A DNA stretch of 40,652 nt from Pseudomonadota bacterium (GTDB lineage: Bacteria; Pseudomonadota; Alphaproteobacteria; Rhodobacterales; Rhodobacteraceae). Each line of letters begins with the position of its first letter. Positions within the stretch are counted from its first letter, which is position 1. Positions 8,690-17,963 of this stretch are shown piece by piece. The DNA lies in NCBI GenBank assembly GCA_039814435.1, contig JBCCBC010000001.1, forward strand, positions 1-40,652, given 5' to 3'. The notes under the pieces are model-generated. The model did not search any database. It was given only the letters and a program-made list of their open reading frames with translations, and was not told where the DNA came from. Position numbers and translations under genes: made by a program.

Positions 8690-10060
8690 TCACAAACTCC
8701 GCACACCCGGGCGGCGATATTCACGCGCGGGCTCAATCATCAACTCGTGCAAGGCCCACACCAACGCATCCACCCGGTCGGGGGACCCATCGCCGACATA
8801 GCCACGGCGGGTCATCAGAACCATCTGGTCCTCAAGCGGGCCCAGGTTGGGGGTGTGGGTCACACGACCCTGCTCATATAGGGCGGCAATCGGCTCGGCG
8901 CGGGCGACCTTGCCGCGGCTGGCATGGACGGCCTTGTAAGGAACCAACGGGTCAATCTGGCGCACAACCTCGCCAACCATCTGCCCCCCCTGGTTGACCT
9001 CGGCCACCAGGCGGTCGGCCTCCCAGGTGTCCACCGCGGTAACGGCCGCACGGGCCCACTCTGACGGGCGGGCGCCCTGCACGGTCATGTCGGCAATAAC
9101 ATGGGCCTTCCAGTCTTGGGGCGGCCCGTTCATATGGGCCCCGACGACGACAATTCCGCACTCATCCGATCCCGCTCCGCTTGTCGTGGCCGGATCCACA
9201 CCCACAACAACGCGGTCAAACTTCATAAACCCCTTTTTGTGGCAGGCCTCCAGCATGGCCGTGGTCCACAACGCACCCTCCGCATCACTCAACAACACGC
9301 CATCCAGCTCCTGACGGCCCAGACGCGTGCCGTGATAGCGCGCGCGCACCTCCTCCAGAAAGGACGACGCAAGATTGGCCGCATTCGCCTCGGTCGGGGC
9401 GTGGGTCGTGACGGTCGAGGGCATCTTCAACAGCGTTTTCAGCACCCCCACATTGCGCGGCGTCGTGGTGACACAAACCCGCGGGTGGGAGCCCAGGCGC
9501 AAGGCGAACTGCAACATGTCCCAGGTCTCCTGGCCCTTCTTCCACTTGGCCAACTCATCGACCCAGGCCGCATCAAACTGCGGACCACGCAAGCCTTCGG
9601 GATCAAAGGCCGTGTGCACCGTCGCCACAGCCCCGTTGGGCCACACCAGCCGCTTGCGACCCGCTTGCCACTCGGGGCGGCGGTCCGGGGGGGAGCAGGC
9701 CAGAATACCGCTCTCCCCAAAAATCATAACTTCGCGCACCTGATCAAAGGTCTCGCCCACCAGCGCAACACGGCGGGCCGTGCCGGGATCCATCGGCGTG
9801 GGCCCTTCCACGATCGAGCGGACCCATTCAGACCCCGCACGCGTCTTGCCAGCGCCGCGCCCGCCCATGATCACCCAGGTGCGCCAGTCGCCTTCGGGGG
9901 GCAATTGGTGATCCAACGCCCAAAATTCGAACAGAAAAGGGAGGGCGCACAAGGCGCCCTCTCCCAACTCATTCAGAAACTGTGTCTGCTCCACAGCAGG
10001 GGCGGATGCGACCAAGCGCGCACCGAACCTGAGCGGCGGCTGCGACAAGGTCGAGGGCAT
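8690..10060 (-). CDS. GTA terminase large subunit (g2-like)
   Basis: Walker A GGRGAGKT, LRGPQFDAAWVDE Walker B, VTTTP motif, nuclease VDP and SPDRVDALVWA. Start uncertain; ATG 10060 is preceded by AAGGGGG. Confidence 0.95.
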   Translation of the reverse strand: MPSTLSQPPLRFGARLVASAPAVEQTQFLNELGEGALCALPFLFEFWALDHQLPPEGDWRTWVIMGGRGAGKTRAGSEWVRSIVEGPTPMDPGTARRVALVGETFDQVREVMIFGESGILACSPPDRRPEWQAGRKRLVWPNGAVATVHTAFDPEGLRGPQFDAAWVDELAKWKKGQETWDMLQFALRLGSHPRVCVTTTPRNVGVLKTLLKMPSTVTTHAPTEANAANLASSFLEEVRARYHGTRLGRQELDGVLLSDAEGALWTTAMLEACHKKGFMKFDRVVVGVDPATTSGAGSDECGIVVVGAHMNGPPQDWKAHVIADMTVQGARPSEWARAAVTAVDTWEADRLVAEVNQGGQMVGEVVRQIDPLVPYKAVHASRGKVARAEPIAALYEQGRVTHTPNLGPLEDQMVLMTRRGYVGDGSPDRVDALVWALHELMIEPAREYRRPGVRSL

Positions 10061-10313
10061 AGCCCCCTTGTGCAATCCGGCTGTGTTTGTGTCGGGCTTG
10101 TTCAAGGGTACCCTCCAGTTTCTGACAATTGATTACGACGGTGTTCATCTCCGATAGCTTGGATTTGATCTCCGTGACCTTGACGTCCTCCCCCTGTTCG
10201 ACCCTTTCTTTGAGGGCTTCGAACTCGCGACGCAGCGCGCCAATCGAGTCCTGTACCGAAGAAAACAGTTCCTCGGTCCGAGCTTCTTCAAGCTCCGGGG
10301 TGATTAGTGTCAT
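9969..10313 (-). CDS. GTA g1-like protein (small terminase subunit)
   Basis: First gene of the cluster. ATG 10313 with GAGAGG SD; 114 aa helical protein ending in a GYALDL-x-AA...R-x2-L-x-R motif typical of g1; overlaps the terL 5' end. Confidence 0.8.
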   Translation of the reverse strand: MTLITPELEEARTEELFSSVQDSIGALRREFEALKERVEQGEDVKVTEIKSKLSEMNTVVINCQKLEGTLEQARHKHSRIAQGGYALDLVAAAAQVRCALGRIRPCCGADTVSE

Positions 10314-10355
10314 GTGTGCATAACCTCTCATGCGTTGGGATGTCCCCGCACGAGC

Positions 10356-10395
10356 AAAATGAAAAAGCGACCCCGGATCTCTCCGATGGCCGCTT
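10356..10395 (-). terminator. Intrinsic terminator-like hairpin in the GTA 5' leader
   Basis: Minus strand AAGCGGCC-A-TCGGA[GAGA]TCCGG-GGTCGCTT then TTTCATTTT; GNRA tetraloop; lies between the promoter and g1. Confidence 0.7.
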
Positions 10396-10420
10396 GCCCA
10401 CTTCTTCCAGCTTGTCACAA

Positions 10421-10449
10421 GTTATACGTGTAACCGTTCGCAGAGTCAA
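10421..10449 (-). promoter_or_regulatory. Sigma70-type promoter of the GTA operon
   Basis: TTGACT (10449-10444), 17-nt spacer, TATAAC (10426-10421). A GANTC site (10443-10447) overlaps the -35 element. Confidence 0.75.
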
Positions 10450-10513
10450 GCCTCTTGGTTGTGCGCCATAGCCGCTAAGCGTACGGTATGATTAACAAAA
10501 TCCTACCCAAGAG

Positions 10514-10530
10514 GTTAAGATCTGGTAAAC
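10514..10530 (-). promoter_or_regulatory. CtrA-like binding site upstream of the GTA promoter
   Basis: Minus strand TTTA-CCAGATC-TTAAC, one mismatch to TTAA-N7-TTAAC. Confidence 0.5.
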
Positions 10531-10715
10531 ATGCGAGCTAAGTGATTGAGGACGTTCAACAAGCTTGCTCTGTCCCCGCGGGGACAAAGCTGCAAACGGC
10601 GAAAATACCCCGGCACCACACGTAAGGCGGAGGTTCCTCCGCCAAAACCCGTTCAAGTTTTTCGCGATACGTATTTCAGTAAGGCGGGCGTGTCGCCCGC
10701 CCAAACCGATGCGGT

Positions 10716-11882
10716 TCAGCCGCCGTCGGACTGCTCTGCGCGCTCGGCTTCAATCTCGCGCCAGCGCGCCACATTGCGGTTGTGCTCATCCAGGGTTTCG
10801 GCAAACGCATGGCCACCCGTGCCATCCGCCACAAAGAATACAAACTCCGTATCCTCAGGCTGACCGGCCGCCATCAGGCTCGCACGGCCCGGGTTCGCAA
10901 TCGGGGTCGGCGGCAACCCTTGAATGACATAGGTGTTCCACGGCGTCGCCGCGCGCAACTCCGAACGACGCAACCCCCGGCCCAGCACACCCTGCCCTTT
11001 GGTGATACCATAAATCACTGTCGGGTCCGTTTGCAGACGCATGCCCCGGTTCAGGCGATTGACAAAAACCGATGCCACCTGCTCGCGCTCCGCAGCAACA
11101 CCCGTCTCCTTTTCGATGATCGAGGCCAGCGTGAGCAAATCCTCAGGGCTTTCCAGCGGCACATCCGGGTCGCGCGCTTCCCAGGCGGCTGATACCCACA
11201 ACTCCTGCTGCTCGGCCATCTGCGCCAACACACCCGCCCGCTCGTCGCCCGGGCGCACCTCGTAACTGTCCGGCGCCAACGCACCCTCGGGCGGGATTTC
11301 GTCCACATCACCCGACAAAACATCCATCGCACGCAACGCGTCCACGACCTGCCAGCTGGTCACACCCTCGGCCATCGCCACACGGTACCGCGTGTCCTGC
11401 GCGTCGCGCACTTGCGTGTAGATCGCGGGCGTGGCCTCTTGGCCCGGCTGAAACTCTGCCCGCTCGACAAAGCGGTTTGTGCCAGGATCCAGTTCACGCA
11501 CCTGCGCGCTCAGCCGGTTCACCCCAATGCGGTACACCACCTCGGTCCCGCAGGTGCTGGCCCCGCCGCGCGTGACCACATCGACGATCTGTTCCATCGA
11601 CGCACCCGGTTCAACCAAATAGCTGCCCGCCTTCAGCGCGCTCGACTTGCCCGCATAATCCGCGCCCACGCGAAAGATCGAGGCGTTGGTCACGGCGCCC
11701 TCCTCTTCCAGATCGCGGCTGACACGGCGAAAGTTCGATCCGCGTTCAACCTGCAAGCAAATGGCGTCCGCCAGCGGCCCCGGTCCTTCATACTGACCAC
11801 GACCCCACAGGATGACGCCGCCAGCCAGAAACAGGCCCACAATCAAAAAGGTCAGCGCGTTAGAGGCGATGCCCCGCCACAT
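10716..11882 (-). CDS. mltG: Endolytic transglycosylase MltG (YceG family)
   Basis: N-terminal TM helix, LKAG-x-Y, LASIIEKET, VFVNRL-x2-GMRLQTDPTVIY, GLPPTPIANPG; follows fabF. Confidence 0.95.
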   Translation of the reverse strand: MWRGIASNALTFLIVGLFLAGGVILWGRGQYEGPGPLADAICLQVERGSNFRRVSRDLEEEGAVTNASIFRVGADYAGKSSALKAGSYLVEPGASMEQIVDVVTRGGASTCGTEVVYRIGVNRLSAQVRELDPGTNRFVERAEFQPGQEATPAIYTQVRDAQDTRYRVAMAEGVTSWQVVDALRAMDVLSGDVDEIPPEGALAPDSYEVRPGDERAGVLAQMAEQQELWVSAAWEARDPDVPLESPEDLLTLASIIEKETGVAAEREQVASVFVNRLNRGMRLQTDPTVIYGITKGQGVLGRGLRRSELRAATPWNTYVIQGLPPTPIANPGRASLMAAGQPEDTEFVFFVADGTGGHAFAETLDEHNRNVARWREIEAERAEQSDGG

Positions 11883-13141
11883 CAGCCGACCTTTCCAAAG
11901 ATGACGCTGGCATTTGTCCCACCAAAGCCAAAGCTGTTGGACAAAGCGACGTTGACCTTGCGCGCCCGCTTGGTATTGGGGGCCAGATCCACAGATGTCT
12001 CAACGGCTGCGTTTTCCAGATTGATGGTGGGCGGACACACCTGATCGCGGATCGCCAGGATCGAAAAGATCGCCTCGATCGCACCGGCCGCCCCCAACAG
12101 ATGGCCCGTGGCCGATTTGGTGGACGACATGGTCACATTGGCCGCGTGATCACCCAGCATCCGCTCAACCGCGCCAAGCTCAATCGTGTCAGCCATGGTC
12201 GAGGTGCCATGCGCGTTGATATAGTCAATGTCGGATGGCTCAAGCCCGGCTGAGCGCAACGCGGCGCGCATCGAGCGTTCACCGCCCTCGCCATCCTCGG
12301 ACGGGGCCGTGATGTGATAGGCATCGCCGGACAGACCATAGCCAAGCACCTCGGCATAGATCTTGGCCCCGCGCGCCACGGCATGCTCATACTCCTCAAG
12401 CACCACCATGCCCGCACCTTCCCCCATCACAAAGCCGTCGCGATCCGCATCATAGGGGCGGCTGGCCTTCTGCGGGTCATCCGCGCGTTTGGTGGACAAC
12501 GCCTTGCAGGCGTTAAAGCCGGCGATGCCGATCTTGCAGATTGCAGCCTCAGCGCCGCCCGCCACCATCACGTCCGCATCCCCCAACATGATCAAGCGCG
12601 CCGCATCACCAATGGCGTGGGCGCCTGTCGAACAGGCGGTCACCACCGAATGGTTCGGACCCTTGAACTGGTAGCGGATGGAAACCTGGCCCGAAATCAG
12701 GTTGATCAGCGCACCGGGCACAAAGAACGGGCTGACGCGGCGCGGGCCCTTCTGTTCCATCATCACGGCAGTGTTGGCGATAGAGTTCAGACCGCCAATA
12801 CCCGAGCCAATCAAAACGCCAGTGCGTTCCTGATCTTCACGGTCTTGAGGCATCCAGCCTGCGTCTTCCACCGCCTGCTGGGCTGCGGCCATGCCAAACA
12901 GGATAAATGTGTCGACCTTGCGCTGCTCTTTGGGCTCCATGTACGTCGCCGCGTTGAACGTCCCGTCCGTACCATCACCCAAGGGCACCTCGCAGGCATA
13001 GGTCGTGGCGAGCCCTTCGGGATCAAAGCCCGTGATGGGGCCAGCACCCGACTGCCCGTCCAAGATCCGCGACCAGCTGTTTTCCACGCCATCCGCCAAG
13101 GGGGTCACAAGACCCAATCCCGTCACAACTACTCTGCGCAT
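11882..13141 (-). CDS. fabF: Beta-ketoacyl-ACP synthase II
   Basis: MRRVVVTGLG start (ATG 13141), TACSTG catalytic Cys, NAHGTST, TGHLLGAAG and SNSFGFGGTN. Confidence 0.97.
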   Translation of the reverse strand: MRRVVVTGLGLVTPLADGVENSWSRILDGQSGAGPITGFDPEGLATTYACEVPLGDGTDGTFNAATYMEPKEQRKVDTFILFGMAAAQQAVEDAGWMPQDREDQERTGVLIGSGIGGLNSIANTAVMMEQKGPRRVSPFFVPGALINLISGQVSIRYQFKGPNHSVVTACSTGAHAIGDAARLIMLGDADVMVAGGAEAAICKIGIAGFNACKALSTKRADDPQKASRPYDADRDGFVMGEGAGMVVLEEYEHAVARGAKIYAEVLGYGLSGDAYHITAPSEDGEGGERSMRAALRSAGLEPSDIDYINAHGTSTMADTIELGAVERMLGDHAANVTMSSTKSATGHLLGAAGAIEAIFSILAIRDQVCPPTINLENAAVETSVDLAPNTKRARKVNVALSNSFGFGGTNASVIFGKVG

Positions 13142-13306
13142 CTGCCCCAGCCCTTTTGTCTTTTCTTTGCGTCTCATACCGTGCGGCGTAGCCCCTGTTC
13201 AAGCCCCCGGACCACGCCAGCGGTTTTCACTTTACGGTGCCGCGCAGTGCCAAATCAAAAATGTCGTGCGCCGCAAGGCGCGCCTTTGGATCACGCCTGC
13301 GCTCGG

Positions 13307-13843
13307 CTAGAGCTGCGGTGGGGACGTGCGCACCATCAACTGCACCGGCCCGCCCGCAACTTCCGCCACCCGCAAACGGTCATATCCAAGCGTGTCGGCA
13401 ATGCGCAGCGATGCGCCGTGTGCGGGGTCAATCATGCACACCAGCGGGCCGGTCACCACGCGGTCAAACCAGTCATGGGCCGCCTGCACCGTCTCCAGGC
13501 CCAGCCCCTGGCCTTGCGCCTCCGGGGCCAGCACCCAGCCCGCTTCGGGCACCGCATCAAAATCCGCGCCCAGACCGCGCGCACCGTGGAAAAACCCGGT
13601 TTGCCCGACCAGCCGTTTTGAGCTGTGCGCCTCAATCCCCCATTGGCCATAGCCCGTGACCTGCCAGTGCCCAGCAATCCGCAAAAACGCATTCCACGAC
13701 TCGTCCCGGCTGCGCGGTGTGCCGCCAATAAAGCGCACGACGTCATCCGTCCCCCAGATCTCGGCAAAGCGATCAAAGTCGCCCGGACGCATCACGCGCA
13801 GCGTGGCGCGCGCCGTGTTGATTGTCGGCACATGTCTGCTCAT
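13307..13843 (-). CDS. GNAT-family N-acetyltransferase (RimJ/RimL-like)
   Basis: I-x-T-x-R-x2-LR start, E-x-GW-x-L-x-P-x2-QGQGLG acetyl-CoA motif, AS-x-R-x-A-x2-LGY. Confidence 0.88.
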   Translation of the reverse strand: MSRHVPTINTARATLRVMRPGDFDRFAEIWGTDDVVRFIGGTPRSRDESWNAFLRIAGHWQVTGYGQWGIEAHSSKRLVGQTGFFHGARGLGADFDAVPEAGWVLAPEAQGQGLGLETVQAAHDWFDRVVTGPLVCMIDPAHGASLRIADTLGYDRLRVAEVAGGPVQLMVRTSPPQL

Positions 13844-13938
13844 TGTTGGTGTCCTGCCCGATCACCGGTGTTTGTTCACACTTTTCCAAACTTTGGGCAG
13901 TCGGTCCGGAAAACGCAAGTCGGCAGTGGCGCGGCCAC

Positions 13939-13973
13939 AAAAAATGGCGCCCTTCCGCACGGAAGAGCGCCAT
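13939..13973 (-). terminator. Intrinsic terminator after acpP
   Basis: Minus strand ATGGCGCTCTTCC[GTGC]GGAAGGGCGCCAT followed by a T run. Confidence 0.8.
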
Positions 13974-13998
13974 CTGGTCAGGCCGAAGCCTGTGTGTC

Positions 13999-14232
13999 TT
14001 AGGATGCTTTGGAGATGAAACCCACAGCGTCGCCGAACGTCTGGATGGTCTCAGCGGCGTCATCGGGGATTTCGATGCCGAACTCTTCTTCGAACGCCAT
14101 CACCAGTTCAACTGTGTCCAGGCTGTCTGCGCCCAGATCGTCGATGAAGGATGCGTTTTCAGACACTTTGTCTTCTTCTACGCCCAGATGTTCCACAACG
14201 ATCTTCTTCACGCGGTCCGCGATGTCGCTCAT
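13999..14232 (-). CDS. acpP: Acyl carrier protein
   Basis: [20 protein letters not shown] phosphopantetheine motif; 77 aa. Confidence 0.98.
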   Translation of the reverse strand: MSDIADRVKKIVVEHLGVEEDKVSENASFIDDLGADSLDTVELVMAFEEEFGIEIPDDAAETIQTFGDAVGFISKAS

Positions 14233-14416
14233 ATGACTGTCCTCATTCTACCGGGGCAAATCGATGCGCCCCCAAGTGGTGTCCCCTTGAAACAGGGGCT
14301 CTGGTCTAGCCCCCTTGGGGCGGTGAAGCGTTCCGGACACGCGTGGTCCGATCCGCCGAAATCTGCGCCGCCTATAGCATATCCGAAAAAGATGGCAAGG
14401 CTTGTCAGCGTGCGCC

Positions 14417-15154
14417 TTACAACATGGCCATGCCGCCGTTCACGTGCAAGGTGGTACCGGTAACATAGGCGGCCTCGGGGCTGGCAAGGTACAGCACGGC
14501 GGCGGCAATTTCATGCGCTTCGCCCATGCGACCGGCGGGAATTTGCCCCATGATTCCAGTCTTTTGATCATCGGTCAGCTTGTCCGTCATCGCTGTTGCG
14601 ATAAAGCCGGGGGCCACCGCGTTCACCGTGATCCCACGGCTTGCGACCTCGTAGGCGAGGCTTTTGGACATCCCCACCATGCCCGCCTTTGAGGCGGCGT
14701 AATTGGCCTGACCCGGGTTGCCTGTCGCCCCCACCACAGACGAGATGTTAACGATCCGCCCCCACCGCGCCTTCATCATGCCCCGCATCACGCCCTTGCA
14801 CAGTTTGAAGGTCGAGGTCAGGTTGACGTTCAGCACAGACTGCCATTCGTCGTCAGACATGCGCATGAACAGGTTGTCGCGCGTGATCCCGGCATTGTTG
14901 ACCAGGATGTCGATCGCCCCCATCGCCGCGATCCCCTCTTTGGGCAGCGCGTCGACCGCCTCAAAATCGCTCAGGTTGCAGGGCAGCACGTGGGCGTTTT
15001 CACCCAACTCGTCCGCAAGCGCCTGCAACGGGTCAACCCGCGTCCCGCTCAGGCCCACCGTGGCCCCCGCCGCGTGCAGCGTGCGCGCAATATCAGCGCC
15101 AATGCCCCCCGATGCCCCGGTGATCAGCGCCGATTTCCCTGTCAGATCAAACAT
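14417..15154 (-). CDS. fabG: 3-oxoacyl-ACP reductase
   Basis: TGASGGIG, NNAGITRD and YAASK SDR motifs; lies between fabD and acpP. Confidence 0.97.
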   Translation of the reverse strand: MFDLTGKSALITGASGGIGADIARTLHAAGATVGLSGTRVDPLQALADELGENAHVLPCNLSDFEAVDALPKEGIAAMGAIDILVNNAGITRDNLFMRMSDDEWQSVLNVNLTSTFKLCKGVMRGMMKARWGRIVNISSVVGATGNPGQANYAASKAGMVGMSKSLAYEVASRGITVNAVAPGFIATAMTDKLTDDQKTGIMGQIPAGRMGEAHEIAAAVLYLASPEAAYVTGTTLHVNGGMAML

Positions 15155-15262
15155 CGTTGTCCCCTCATTCCGTCTGTTCTTGTCGTGTCAGTTGCCGCGG
15201 GCTTGCCATGCCCCCCGCCGTGACGCAAGTCACCGCATATGCTTTGCGCCGCGCGGCACGTA

Positions 15263-15298
15263 AAACTTGGCCAGCCCTGGAAACTTGGCCAGCCCTGG
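15263..15298. repeat. Perfect 18-bp tandem duplication
   Basis: AAACTTGGCCAGCCCTGG at 15263-15280 and again at 15281-15298. Confidence 0.9.
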
Positions 15299-15381
15299 CC
15301 CGCGGATGTTTTTATTCAACTCTCCATGCAGGTCCGGGATCACCGGCCCCTGCTGTGCAAAGGGTTCTCATGTCGACAGCG

Positions 15382-16314
15382 TCACCCATCGCGCGCTGAC
15401 ACAACGTCAGCGGGCGTTCCAACAGCGCGGGTCGCAATGGATCGATCGATGCGCCGGATCATGCCCGAAAGCGCCTTGCCCGCACCGATTTCCCAGACCT
15501 CGGTAACCCCCTCACCGGCCATCCACGCCACGCTTTCGCGCCACCGCACGGATCCTGTGACCTGATCCACAAGCAGACCACGCAGCTGGTCGGGATCTGA
15601 CGTGCTTGCGGCCAGCACATTGGCCACAACCGGGGTCGAGGGCGCTTGAAAGTCCACACCTTGCAACGCCTCGGCCATAACGCGGGCCGCCGGCTCCATC
15701 AGTGCGCAGTGAAATGGCGCCGATACCGGCAGCATGACCGCGCGCTTGGCCCCTCTGGCCTTGGCGCTTTCAACCGCGCGCTCCACCGCCCCCTTGTGAC
15801 CGGACACAACAACCTGTCCTGGATCATTGTCTTTTGCCGCCTGACACACGTCGTCCCCCGCAGCCTCCTGGGCAATGTCCTGCACGGTCGCAAAATCAAG
15901 GCCCAGCAACGCCGCCATCGCACCGACCCCGACGGGCACGGCCTCTTGCATGGCCTTTCCGCGCGTGCGCAGCAGGCGCGCCGTGTCTGCAAGGCTGAGG
16001 GCACCTGCCGCACACAACGCAGAATACTCCCCCAGCGAGTGCCCGGCCACAAACGATGCCCGGTCCGTGCCGATCCCCTCGGCCTCAAGCGCGCGCAGCG
16101 CGGCCAAGGAGGTGGCCATCAATGCAGGTTGCGCGTTTTGGGTCAGGGTCAGCGTGTCGGCATCCCCCTCCCAGATCAGCGTGCTCAGGTGTTCGCCCAA
16201 CGCCTCGTCCACCTCGTCAAAGACGGCGCGTGCGGCGGGATAGGCCTGCGCAAGATCGTGACCCATGCCGATGGTTTGAGCCCCTTGGCCCGGAAAAACA
16301 AATGCGACGCTCAT
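15382..16314 (-). CDS. fabD: Malonyl-CoA:ACP transacylase
   Basis: FVFPGQGAQ, AGHSLGEYSA and VSAPFHC motifs; start at ATG 16314. Confidence 0.96.
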   Translation of the reverse strand: MSVAFVFPGQGAQTIGMGHDLAQAYPAARAVFDEVDEALGEHLSTLIWEGDADTLTLTQNAQPALMATSLAALRALEAEGIGTDRASFVAGHSLGEYSALCAAGALSLADTARLLRTRGKAMQEAVPVGVGAMAALLGLDFATVQDIAQEAAGDDVCQAAKDNDPGQVVVSGHKGAVERAVESAKARGAKRAVMLPVSAPFHCALMEPAARVMAEALQGVDFQAPSTPVVANVLAASTSDPDQLRGLLVDQVTGSVRWRESVAWMAGEGVTEVWEIGAGKALSGMIRRIDRSIATRAVGTPADVVSARDG

Positions 16315-16508
16315 ATCTTTGTCCCTGACGTATCTTGGTATTGCACCTGTCGGTGTAGTCGCGCGGCTGCACGCAAACAAGAGCAGCGCGATGGATTGCG
16401 CACACGCACGAGATATGTGCGCGCATTGGCGCTTGTCAGCACCGCCAGCCGCATAACATTAAGGGGCAACGTGTTACCCGAGCACAGACCCTGACAGGAG
16501 CACCCGAA

Positions 16509-17735
16509 ATGGCCCTTACCAACACCGCCGACAGCTTTGGCTCTGTCGCCAAGACCCTGCACTGGCTGACAGCCCTTTTGATCTTGTCCCTGATCCCGCT
16601 TGGGGTGGTGGCAAACGGCATGGCCTACGAGTTGAAAACCGCCAGCACGCCTGTCGATGGCCTGCTTGAGCGCACCGCGTTTTTGTTTTCGCTGCACAAG
16701 ACGCTGGGTGTCACAGTGTTTTTCGTGGCGCTGATCCGCATCGCATGGGCCCTGAGCCAACCCAAACCCGGTTTGCTGAATGCAGATCGCAAGTTGGAGA
16801 GTTTTGCCGCTGAAACCGTGCACTGGCTGCTTTATGGCTCGCTTGTGCTGGTGCCGCTGTCGGGGTGGATCCACCATGCTGCGACCGCAGGATTTGCGCC
16901 GATCTGGTGGCCCTTTGGTCAGGATTTGCCATTGGTGCCCAAATCCGACAGCGTGGCCTCGATCTTTGGGGGCGCGCATTGGGTGCTGACAAAGGTGCTG
17001 GCCCTGTCCCTTGTTCTGCACATTGCGGGCGCTCTCAAGCATCATGTGATCGACAAGGATGTCACCTTGCGCCGGATGTGGTTTGGGCGCGCTGATCTGC
17101 CCGCCACAACACCCGAGCACAAGGCACGCGGCCCGATCACTGCGGCTGTCGCGCTTTGGGCGCTTGCCCTGTCGGGCGGTGCAGCACTTGGCGTCTATGC
17201 CCCCCATGGCGGGGCTGGCGACGTGGCCGCACTGGAAAAGGTTGCATCGGACTGGGCCGTCGATGAGGGCGCGCTGTCGATCACCGTCACCCAACTTGGG
17301 ACAGACGTGACCGGTACATTTGCCGATTGGACGGCCGCCATCACCTTTGACGAAACCGTGGAAAACGGCGTGGCGGGCACGGTCGATGTGACGATTGCCG
17401 TCGGCTCGCTGACCCTTGGCAGCGTGACGGATCAGGCCATGGGGCCGGACTTTTTCAACAGCACCGACTTTCCTACAGCCCGTTTCGTCGCGGATATCTT
17501 GCCCATAATCGATGGGTACGAGGCTGTGGGCACATTGACGATCAAAGATCAGACAGTGCCCGTGACGATGCCCTTTGGGCTGTCGGTGAACGGCAATGCG
17601 GCATCCATGGTGGGCGGGCTCACGCTGGACCGGCGCAGCTTTGGCATTGGCGACAACATGGCAGATGAAAGCTCGCTCAAGTTCAACGTGTCCGTCGACG
17701 TCAATCTGAGTGCGTCGCGCGCGGCAACTGACTGA
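16509..17735 (+). CDS. Cytochrome b561-like domain fused to a YceI-like domain
   Basis: Four TM helices with heme His residues (LHW, LHKTLG, AHW, LHIAGALKH), then a YceI barrel (G-x-F, FF-x4-FP-x-A-x-F, G-x-LTIK, LDR-x2-FGIG). CAGGAG SD. Confidence 0.9.
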   Translation: MALTNTADSFGSVAKTLHWLTALLILSLIPLGVVANGMAYELKTASTPVDGLLERTAFLFSLHKTLGVTVFFVALIRIAWALSQPKPGLLNADRKLESFAAETVHWLLYGSLVLVPLSGWIHHAATAGFAPIWWPFGQDLPLVPKSDSVASIFGGAHWVLTKVLALSLVLHIAGALKHHVIDKDVTLRRMWFGRADLPATTPEHKARGPITAAVALWALALSGGAALGVYAPHGGAGDVAALEKVASDWAVDEGALSITVTQLGTDVTGTFADWTAAITFDETVENGVAGTVDVTIAVGSLTLGSVTDQAMGPDFFNSTDFPTARFVADILPIIDGYEAVGTLTIKDQTVPVTMPFGLSVNGNAASMVGGLTLDRRSFGIGDNMADESSLKFNVSVDVNLSASRAATD

Positions 17736-17963
17736 CCTGTCCTATCTGTGGTTCCCAAAACCCTGCGGCGAAAGCGACAAAAGTCAGAGGGGCCTGAAAA
17801 GGCGCCTCTGACATAAATCGTGTCACGCCGCAGGCGTGTCCTTGCCGTCAACGGCACCGCGGGGCGACGTTTGGGATTGGCACCGGGACGGACACAGGTG
17901 CCACAGAAAAGGTCGCGCAGATCATGCGCGGCCCTAGCGTCCCATCCGTGAGTGTGCGGTGGC

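Larger units (their letters stand above)
1..10449 (-). mobile_element. RcGTA-like gene transfer agent head-tail gene cluster (g1 to 5' part of g15; continues beyond the left edge)
   Basis: Contiguous minus-strand order terS-terL-portal-g3.5-protease-capsid-adaptor-stopper-terminator-tail tube-chaperones-short tape measure-DUF2460-DUF2163-NlpC/P60-megatron matches RcGTA. Tape measure is only 220 aa. No integrase, repressor or replication genes in view. Abuts housekeeping mltG-fabF. Confidence 0.95.

Noticed and set aside
1-10313. Prophage interpretation of the phage-like genes
   Set aside because: No integrase, repressor, replication or att sites in view. Gene order, sizes and the very short tape measure match RcGTA-like elements.
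12314-13621. 435-aa plus-strand ORF
   Set aside because: Antisense shadow of fabF and the GNAT gene, typical of GC-rich codon bias; no recognisable motifs.
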